Assembly: GCF_002113885.1 (NCBI RefSeq)
Contig: NW_018407994.1
Span: 274,690 to 338,689 of the forward strand
Source: Mizuhopecten yessoensis
Lineage: Eukaryota
Length of the DNA: 64,000 nt
Direction: 5' to 3'
Shown here: one piece after another, positions 54,976 to 64,000 of the stretch
Layout: every line of letters begins with the position of its first letter
Position numbering within the stretch: the stretch's first letter is position 1
Translations under genes and position numbers: made by a program
Notes under the pieces: model-generated
Database searches by the model: none
The model's input: only the letters and a program-made list of their open reading frames with translations
What the model was told of the DNA's origin: nothing

Positions 54976-55560
54976 ACAAGGAAAGGTAACCGTGACGTAA
55001 TGTCAATACACAGTCCCCTACTTCCGTTTTGGACACGGCAAATAAACCGGTGTTGATCTATGGTAATGACAGTCATAAAAATCATTAGAAGAGAGATGGA
55101 CACTGTTGAATTCAAATGAGAATACTGTTATGCAAGAAAAAAAAACGTCTCATTATTAATAAAACGTTTTCTTAAAGATAAACAATACACTATTTCCCGC
55201 CATATTTTCTAGAGTGTTAAGAGGCTTAACAGGTTGTATATATCAGTTCCGAAAGGCAAGCGTGTTTTTACAGACACAGAGTTACAAAATCGTCTAGTGA
55301 AATTAATACAATAATGAATTGATTTGATTTGATAATCGACTTCATGATCAGTCAGGTCTCAGTTTATCAATATAGTGATGCCCGTTGGATTTTCAGGCAA
55401 AACATATTTTCGAATACGAGACCGGAAGTTGTCGTTCGTGTCTCCAATGAGTAAAGATCTAAAAAGGACCACATGAGAATATTCTGCTAACATCAGCCAC
55501 ATGCGATACGAAGACATGTAGGCATTGGGACCGTTGGCGATTGGTTTAAATTGAAGTAAC
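54960..55560. promoter_or_regulatory. Bidirectional promoter shared by SSRP1 and the minus-strand gene
   Basis: ETS CAGGAAGTG 54967 and ACCGGAAGT 55421; CRE-like TGACGTAA 54993; E2F TTTCCCGC 55193 overlapping YY1 CGCCATATT 55198; ATTGG at 55524 and 55540; lies between two divergent 5' ends. Confidence 0.7.
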
Positions 55561-55582
55561 TTTGAGGAAATATTTATCAAAT

Positions 55583-55636
55583 ATGAGTGACATTCAAGAA
55601 TATTCAGATGTGGTACAGGAAGTCCGAGGTGCTCTG
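55583..55636 (+). CDS. SSRP1: SSRP1 coding exon 1 ([18 protein letters not shown])
   Basis: ATG at 55583, donor GTAATA at 55637; resembles vertebrate MAETLEFNDVYQEVKGSM. Confidence 0.92.
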
Positions 55637-58600
55637 GTAATATCACCATACCATTGTTGACTAAACTAGCAATTGTCTATTCTATTAACCATTTTGTTTG
55701 GAGTCAAGAGAGCTTATTAAGTATGTACAAACCATGCATTTTATAAATATCATCAGTCACATCAGAATATTTAGAACTCCTCCAAAAAGTCAAATTAACC
55801 CGTTATCTAACATATCTGTAGAAATGTGTTGGAAAACCAACGGATAGGAGGAGCGCACTTAAAACTAGTCACTGTGGAGGTGAGACTTGCATGTATCCAC
55901 AGTAGTTGACTGGACCATACCATCAAAAAGTTGGTCCTTGGGAAACACAAATATATTACTTTTAGCGTGACCGTTTTGGCACTGATGGGTTTGTAGCATC
56001 GACTGTTGTTAGTTTCCAGTTTGTCTACTACGTTGGTAGCTACAAAGTTCACAAATTTGTGTGCTCGCACATGACGTCTCTCTCTTTCTTGCTGTCAGTA
56101 TTGAATTGGTTGTTATGGCCGGCACCAACCCCTCACCCACCTTAAACAGGAATGTCATTACCGGAGTTCCTTCCTGCACTGCTGCGGGGTCGGAAAACCC
56201 AGATCCTTTAGCATTTTTGTGATGTATCCCGTGTTCCTTGAATTAGTCCCAGGTAACAAACCTAACTGCTTTCTGTTGAATAAACTCTCAAACTTGTCAA
56301 TGTCAGATTGGAGAAATAGGTCCCATATAATGGCACGGTACGTATATATACATACTCAAATGTTGATCTCCCAAGCGAGACGTAGTACGCCGATTTCCAA
56401 TAGGTTAAAGGGCAGTGATTTAGGTTGCGTCTGATAAAGCCAAGGGTTGAACAGGCTTTCTTGCAGATGTTATCGATATGATTTCCCCACTTGAGATTGT
56501 CTGAAATGGTGATACCTAAAAAGGGATTTTGGATTTTCAGAACGAGGTTGTTACTGCTGCTTCATAAATGTAGAAAAACAAGATATATATATAGCTGTTC
56601 ATGGATCAAAAAGTTCCAACGATTTCACCACTAGTGTTTATCAGTCCCCATTAGTAAGATAGTTGTCAAAATGACCATTAGTCTCAAGACATTCTCATTT
56701 ATTTGTGTGTCGAATTAAAAGTGCGTGGATCAAATATAATGTCACAGGAGGTGGTCATCATTTATGGGGTGAGATATTGGGTGTCCAGAGCTGAAATATG
56801 TTGAGAGCCATGGATATATATATAGGCCATTTTTATGACAGAATACGGGTCAATTCCCATCTCCTATTTCGGCGGTATTTTCCCCTATTTCAGATTTGTT
56901 TCCCCTTTTTTTTCATTAAAAAATTATCCCACTTTTAACTGAAATACTACCACACGAATATCTCTCTTGGTTCTATTCTTGTACATTTTCCTTCAGTTCG
57001 ACAACTGAGTGATTTATTTAATTTTCCCTGTGTTCATGTCATTGTTGATATTTTACAACATGTTTACGGCTGGCCCTGTTTATGGTATACAATATCATAA
57101 AAGTCGCACAAACGTTTTATTCTAATACATATCTAGTGGTCGATTCAAAGCGTTTAATGAACAGCAAGAAAAAATATTAAAGACGTGCAACTACAGCGCA
57201 CATTTTCCCCCTATTTCAAAAAGGTACTAACTTTCTATTCCTGCATTTATCCCTGAGAGCACTTGGATGCACAATGAGGTTTCAGTACTTTGGTAACGAT
57301 TTGTTAACCAGTGATATATAAGAACATCAAAATTTCTTTTGGTATAAAAAAGATATGTTTGTTCTGAAATTGCAGGCTGTGGGTTGTTATTTGAAATTCA
57401 CTACAAGGAATCCTGGCCATGGACACTTCAAAACAATTTGATGATTTTCAACCAAAAAAGTTGTAATATTTTCATTTTTTTTTATTTTTTTTTATTTTTT
57501 CGCATAGCTTAGTAAAATTTCCAGTTGTATTAACAACCTTGCATTTGCCAGTGATTTACGTTTGAAATTGTGTGTAAATGTTGTCATGCACATGCAATGT
57601 TTTCTCCTGGTTTGAAAAAAGGAAGGGGTAATTGGTTGTGTGATATAGGTAGATTTTCAAAATTTACAGGGTATACCTCATTAGATCTGGAGAAAAAACT
57701 GTCAAAGACCCTTCCTTTAAATGTCTGATCCTTTTCCTGAAGGGTCATGGCATTGATGGCATAATCATTCTTAATCTTCTATTGTTTATATTGTTCTTAT
57801 ATTAAATATTTATTTATGTGATGTTTCATGTTTTACTTTCAGAATGCAGGCAAGCTAAAGTTGCAGAGTACAAGTGTTAGTTTCAAAAACATTAAAACTG
57901 GAAAAGTTGACCAATACCAAAGTACAGATGTTGACAAAGTGTACTGGTTAAAACGAGCAAGAGGATATTGTTTAAAGTTCATGTTGGATACAGGAATTAT
58001 TCACAGATATGATGGATTCAAAGAAACGGTAAACAAATTTGTATACACAATTTTCTTGTGCACTTTATCAAATTTCTTTTGGCTGATAAAGCTTTAAGTT
58101 CACTGCCTTTATTCAGAATTAATATCTAAAAATGATCAGATATTGAATTGTGGAGAATTTCTTGTTTTATTTTGTGGAGTTTTGCTTACCTCCAAGGAAT
58201 GATAATTTTCTACTTTTCAAGTTTTGAAAAGTCAAATATTAGAAAAATTATCATGCAAATATTATAAATTGTAGTTGTATTTTTAATAGTAATTTCTTAT
58301 ATATGTATCAAATATTAATTTAAACCAAAACACATCATACGTTTATTAATTTATTGACCTTCGTTGTTATGAATATTTTAAATGTTGCATGTCGTTCTGT
58401 TATTTTTATCAATCCAATGAAGTGTTTTTTTGCAGGATTTTGACAAGCTGTCCAGTTTTGTTTCAAAATATTATGAAACATCCTTAGAAAAACAAGATTT
58501 ATCTGTGAAGGGATGGAACTGGGGAATTGCAAACTTCACAGGTATAAAAACCATGTATCCCACTAGTGATTTTTAAGTCGGAATAAGACTGCTTCCTTAA

Positions 58601-61600
58601 GAAAACAAAAAGCTTTATTATCTCAAGGAATTTCTTCCCAATTCCACAAAGAATAATTCTATATTTTTTTCCAATTCATGAAGGATCCCGGAACAGGCCT
58701 TTATAAAACAGAAGGTAGAAAAACACGGCCCACCATCCTTTCATTAAGCTTCCGACCATATTGTTTAACTAGTCGCTTTGATAGAGGTTTTTGTGTCTAC
58801 AGATACTTTCTTTTTCAATAGTCTTGTCGGTACAATCCTTGCTACAGTTTTCATCTTGACTATTGTGTAATGCCACACGTAAAATTTAACTTGCCCAGCA
58901 GTAAAGATGGAAACTAACGGAGGTCCATTTCTCAAAATTATTAGCCATATCTTGTCAGGCCAAAAAAGTCCTCATAAAATTTTCATCCAAATTTTGTGAA
59001 AAATATATAAATGTTATAACAATAAGATTTAGTTGTTGGGTCGGAGAGTGTTAAGTTTTATGTTTAACTGTTATCAGGAAACTCCTTAAGCTTTGAGGTG
59101 GACAACAAACTTGCTTTTGAAGTACCCCTCAACAACGTTTCCCATACAACTACCTCTAAGAGTGAAGTGACGTTGGAGTTCCACCAGAATGACGATGCCG
59201 CTGTATCACTCATGGAACTGCGTTTCCATATTCCTGGACAGCCAGCTGCTGCAGCTCTTGCAGCGGCAAATGCTGAAAAGGGAGAAATCACAGAGATCAA
59301 AGATCCAGTACAGGTAATAAAGAGAGATCAAAGATCCAGTACAGGTAATAATGAGAGATCAAATATCCAGTACAGGTAATAATGAGAGATCAAATATCCA
59401 GTACAGGTAAAACACAAGAGATCAAAGATCCAGCTGGTACAGGTAATAATGAGAGATCAAAGATCCAGTACAAGTAAAACACTTAGATCAAAGATCCAGT
59501 ACAAGTAATAAGGAGAGATTAAATATCCAGTACAGGTAATAAAGAGAGATCAAAGATCCATTACAGGTAAAAATGAGATATCAAAGATCCAGTACAGGTA
59601 AAACACAGAGATAAAGATCCAGTACAGGTAAAACACAGAGATAAAGATCCAGTATAGGTAATACTGAGAGATCAAAGATCCAGTACAGGTAAGAATTAGA
59701 GATCAAAGATCCAGTACAGGTAAGAATGAGAGATCAAAGATCCAGTACAGGTAATAATCAGAGATCAAAGATCCAGTACAGGTAATTATGAGAGATCAAA
59801 GATCCAGTACAGGTAATAATGAGAGATCAAAGATCCAGTACAAGTAATAATGAGAGATCAAAGATCCAGTACAGGTAATTATGAAATTAGAATTTTTCCC
59901 CATGGTTTATAGTGTTTTAAGATCAAATTTATTATAAATTACTTAACATAGGCATTTTATTGGCAAGTGTTTACATTGATGGCATCTGTGTATGAAAGTA
60001 AAGAAAAAGCAAAATGTCTATGTTACCAAATTATTTTTACCATAATAACTTGAATTTAAAATGTGAATTATATTTAGCAAAACAGAGTTTGTCATTTCTG
60101 ATTTTATAATTTCAAGAAGTTGCATCCTTTGACAGATTCTGTCACAAAAATGCACTTTTATCAGTTCAGATAACAAGTAATGTTAAAATCAAATATAAAT
60201 TCTATGCAATTGAACATTATCAGTGTATACAGTGACCAATGTAGTACCGTATTTGAATTATATACCGCAAAATTAATTATTAATCGGGAGCGTATCTTGA
60301 CTTGGGATTGAGACATTCACGTCTGCTGCAGCTGAAAAATCTAAGATATATACATGTACATTTTATAATAAAAACCAAATAACGTATGAAATAAAGTGCA
60401 TTAGGTTATTTGCTGCGTTTCAAAAGATGGCTGGAGATATAAAAGATTCTTTTTTATTTGGCCTGATAGGTTAAGAAATTTAAACATATATATATGATGA
60501 TTATATCTTTTTATTGGTATTTCTTTCTTTGACAGGAATTTTACGAGAACGTTCTCGACAAAGCAGATATTATCCAGGCGACTGGAGAAACTATTGCAGT
60601 ATTCACCGAAATACATTGTCTCACACCTAGGTAGGTCCATCAGATTGTTGTCATTTATGATATTAAAGGATGTGTAGTGGTTTGTCCTTTCAAATGAGGG
60701 GACGTTATTATTAACAAAAATAAAAGAAGTGTGTTTAATTTTCATTTTGATTACAAAGCACTGGAACAAAAATATAAGAATATCTTGTATTTTGTTAATG
60801 ATCTGTTTGCATTAATAACCTATCTTTGATGTATGTAAATAAAATAAGCTTTACTTTTTCAGGGGTCGATACGACTTTAAGATATACCCAACTTTCCTAC
60901 AACTCCACGGTAAAACCTTTGACTATAAAATCCCCTACACAACAGTTTTACGGTTGTTCCTGTTACCGCACAAAGATGGCAGACAGATGTTTTTTGTGGT
61001 GAGTTGTCATGTGTGAATTTTTCGAATGCAAGTCCCATCTGTTCCTATAAGAGGAAGGCTAGTTTCTCTGTGCTATAGCTGTTGTGTCACAGTGACCTAT
61101 TTTATTGCACTAGATTTCAGTAAAACTATGCTTAGTTTAGAACACTGAAATATTAACATGCTTGCAATGTTAATGTTTCCAAGATCTTTTTGGAATCTCC
61201 ATCTACCTCTCTACTTGATTTCATTGATGTATACAAAAGTTTGTCCTGAATAAAGGGCATTTAGGTTTTGGATTGTAGAAAGGGGACACAAATCAACAGC
61301 ATTTATGATTGTTTTTCTCAGAAGTTATGAAATTGTATTCATCCACTTTTAAATTTTTCATTCTGCAGATCATTTCATGTTAGTCAGACTTACATTTTCA
61401 CTTTTATTCAAGCAGAAAACTCAAAATCAGATTTTATATTTGATTGTTATTTATTAATCCACTTGCTGTTCCTTCAGCGAATTTCTTCGGGGAGGGGGTT
61501 TCGGAAAGATGCAGTTCCTCTGTAACATTAATATTATATAATTTAACGTTTATCAATAACATCTGTTTCGCATGATTGTTCCATATTTCTTATATTTTAA

Positions 61601-63770
61601 TCACACAGGTGAGTCTGGATCCTCCAATCAAACAGGGCCAGACGAGATATCCATTTATCATTCTCCTCTTCCAAAAGGATGATGAGATGACGTTAGAGCT
61701 GGGACAGTCCGAGTGAGTCTAACTCAAAGTTGATTTTAACTAAATCTCTTGAACTGTTGTGGGTGTGGTGGGAGGTGATGAGAGGTGGATGAATGTGTCG
61801 TCATGCTGTCACATCCCTTAGTTTCATGTGTAAAAATGACCAAAGGTGGCCAACTAGGGCAAGTGTGGTAGAAAAGGAATGAAACTAATGTACATAAAGT
61901 AACATTTTTTGATGCCAACAATTTAACAGGTTTAATGTTACTTAATTATAATTTGAATTTTTCAAGAATTCCGGACAAGTTAACAAGTTAATTACTCCAC
62001 TGAACTAATGTGAATTTTATTATTAAAGATTTTTTGTGGAAATTTATTGTTATGCAATCAGTGTAAGTTGTACTGACATATAAAAGTAATGTGTGGTGCC
62101 TGTTTACAGTGAAGACTTCGAGACTAAGTACGAGGGTAAACTACAGAGAGAGATGTCCGGCCTTGAGTACGAGGTCATCAGTCGTGTGTTTAAGGCTGTA
62201 ACGAACAGAAAGATCACCGTCCCTGGGACATTTGTCGGGTAATTCTTACGTCAATTTCCTATGTTTTATACAACTCAAACAGGGTTTTAGTTTACCCCCA
62301 TATCGTAGTATATGACCTCCTGCTTTATTTTATGACGGCAATCAAGACTTGGTGTTAATAAGTACAAGTTATATTGTGGGGTAAGTTTTAAAGAATCTGG
62401 AAGGTAGGCTTTAAAAGCATGAGGTAGGTGAAAAATCATTAAACTTGTATTACACATTTAAGTTGAATGTTTCATATCTTTAAAATTTGTTAGTTATCAA
62501 AGTTGTTCGGAATAAAATGTAAATTTTTATTGCAGGAGTTCTGGAACCAATGCAGTCAGCTGCTCCTACAAAGCAGCCACAGGTTTCCTGTACCCACTAG
62601 AGAGAGGGTTCATATTCATACACAAACCTCCCATGCACATCCGCTTCGATGAGGTGGCCAGCGTTAACTTTGCGAGAAGTGCAGGCAGTTTAAGGTCATT
62701 TGACTTTGACATCGAGACAAAGTCAGGCACCATGCACACCTTTGTTGGTGTAGAAAAGTAGGTTTTTGTGTTTTTTGTGATTTATTTTTTCTATGGTTCC
62801 AACATCTTATTCAAGTCAGAAAGTAAAGAATAACTACAGTATTTTAAGACCACTGTCATCAGATGGCCAGCTATTCGTAAATGCCTTTGTTCTGTGGTCC
62901 ATTTTCTGTAAGAAATTCTTGTTATTTCTATTTCTCAGAAAGAACTTGACCGGTCGCTCTCAAATTTTGTACACATCCCCACTAATCGGTCCAATTAGTG
63001 CAATATCTATTTGTTTGTTGGAGATGAAAAGCAATATGGCTACCAGGGTCAAAGTTTATCATGACTATTTCTATGAAAAGGGCTGGACATATTTTACTCA
63101 TATTTTGTGTAAAGATTCCTGTTGGCTCCTAGGTATTTCCACACTTAATAGTAATAATATTTTATTTTTAGAGGTTACAACTCATTTAGCCAACAATAAA
63201 GGCTAATCTCTTAAGGGGCCCTCTTTAACTCATTCACCCCTGAAGACACATTTGAACTCATCCATTTCAATGGTTGGAATAATTCATTATGAAATTTCAG
63301 GGGTGAATGAGTTAAATAGGTACACAAACATAGATGGAAAAAAATGAATAACAACAAAACAATCAATAATCAACATGCACTCAATGATATTCATAATAGT
63401 ACATAAATATACGAAGATAGTTAGACAGATACTTGTTTAAAATATTTGTGACATTTTTCTTTGAATTCATAAAGATTGCGGGCAGTCTTCATTTCAATAG
63501 GAAGTTGATTCCATATTTTAGGTCCAGAATAACTAGTATTTATTCTAGGTTTTGGGAACTGCAAATTGTGGTTTGCAGCTGATCTCGGAGCACATTTCCT
63601 TGCAGTATGATACAAATCTTTTTATAAAAAAACAAGTATGTATGATCAAGGTAAATTGTTGATTGTTGATATATAATTCTGTATCTCTATTTTTCAGGGA
63701 TGAATATGGCAAATTGTATGATTTTGTCAGTAACAAGAAACTTCGAGTGAAGAACATTGGTGGAAAACTG
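55583..63770 (+). CDS. SSRP1: FACT complex subunit SSRP1, spliced, 3'-partial: join(55583..55636,57843..58028,58436..58541,59078..59313,60536..60630,60863..60998,61609..61712,62110..62238,62536..62757,63698..63770)
   Basis: All introns are GT-AG and phases are consistent (1341 nt, 447 aa). Translation has hallmark SSRP1/Pob3 motifs: [76 protein letters not shown]. Confidence 0.98.
55850..56590 (-). mobile_element. Decayed non-LTR retrotransposon (CR1/L2-like) ORF2 C-terminal fragment in SSRP1 intron 1
   Basis: Translates to [38 protein letters not shown], followed by frameshifted KAVRFV and MLKDLG segments. Confidence 0.85.
57843..58028 (+). CDS. SSRP1: SSRP1 exon 2 (NAGKLKL...YDGFKET)
   Basis: tttcag acceptor, gtaaac donor; [10 protein letters not shown] and YDGF motifs. 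Confidence 0.96.
58436..58541 (+). CDS. SSRP1: SSRP1 exon 3 (DFDKL...SVKGWNWG)
   Basis: tgcag acceptor, gtataa donor; KGWNWG. Confidence 0.96.
59078..59313 (+). CDS. SSRP1: SSRP1 exon 4 (FEVPLNNVS...LEFHQNDDA...DPVQ)
   Basis: atcag acceptor; the first CAG/GTAATA donor keeps frame with exon 5. Confidence 0.95.
59292..59884 (+). repeat. 31-bp minisatellite, 19 copies, unit = exon-4 end plus splice donor
   Basis: GAGATCAAAGATCCAGTACAG/GTAATAATGA repeated in tandem. Confidence 0.97.
60536..60630 (+). CDS. SSRP1: SSRP1 exon 5 ([17 protein letters not shown]...CLTP)
   Basis: gacag / gtaggt; conserved sequence. Confidence 0.96.
60863..60998 (+). CDS. SSRP1: SSRP1 exon 6 ([25 protein letters not shown]...MFFV)
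   Basis: ttcag / gtgagt; conserved sequence. Confidence 0.97.
61609..61712 (+). CDS. SSRP1: SSRP1 exon 7 ([14 protein letters not shown]...)
   Basis: cacag / gtgagt; conserved sequence. Confidence 0.96.
62110..62238 (+). CDS. SSRP1: SSRP1 exon 8 (...[20 protein letters not shown])
   Basis: tacag / gtaatt; conserved sequence. Confidence 0.96.
62536..62757 (+). CDS. SSRP1: SSRP1 exon 9 (CSYKA...LYPLERGF...RSFDF)
   Basis: tgcag / gtaggt; conserved sequence. Confidence 0.97.
63340..63620 (-). mobile_element. LINE (CR1/L2-like) 3'-end fragment in SSRP1 intron 9
   Basis: [14 protein letters not shown]...[15 protein letters not shown]...EFKEK matches the typical G.KxWNxLP..IK...FK ORF2 end. Confidence 0.8.
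63698..63770 (+). CDS. SSRP1: SSRP1 exon 10 ([21 protein letters not shown])
   Basis: ttcag / gtacgt; conserved sequence. Confidence 0.95.
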
Positions 63771-64000
63771 GTACGTTTCCTGATTTTGACATTTTAATCT
63801 TCGTGGCAATATATATATTTCCTGTAAAACCTGGAATTATTGACATTTATGTAGTAAAAGAAACCAGAAGAGTGATTGAAATTTAGTAAAACAATGCCAA
63901 GTATAGTTATAAAATATACACCAGTAATAAAGAAAAAGAAATAACAAAGAAAAAAGGTAGGGAAAATTAAAAATCCTTAATTACTTGCCCTGACTTGCCT

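Overview
AT-rich, intron-rich animal genomic DNA, most likely a bivalve mollusc judging by its Helentron/HINE-like elements and SINE types. It is not prokaryotic, and almost all ORF-track entries are spurious. Two spliced genes sit head-to-head around a shared promoter of about 0.6 kb (~54950-55580). On the + strand is SSRP1 (FACT subunit): 10 coding exons, 55583-63770, 447 codons, continuing past the window end. On the - strand is a large, mostly disordered protein: 11 phase-consistent coding exons, 44039 down to 461, about 1010 aa, continuing past the window start. It carries a segment resembling the TNKS1BP1/KIAA1671 C-terminal domain, about 11 F-x-x-P-x-L-[KR] repeats, W-x-x-x-x-x-basic repeats and an N-terminal exon rich in clathrin-box motifs. 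Its 29-kb intron hides a candidate alternative first exon encoding MGNKVSKKCSCCCGKYRYRQ, a myristoylation plus palmitoylation signal. Introns also hold a 19-copy minisatellite made of SSRP1's exon-4 end plus its splice donor, several other satellites, about 13 TTAA-flanked 91-bp MITEs of fixed geometry, HINEs, SINEs, decayed LINE fragments and one 124-N gap. Homology statements rest on recalled sequences, not searches.
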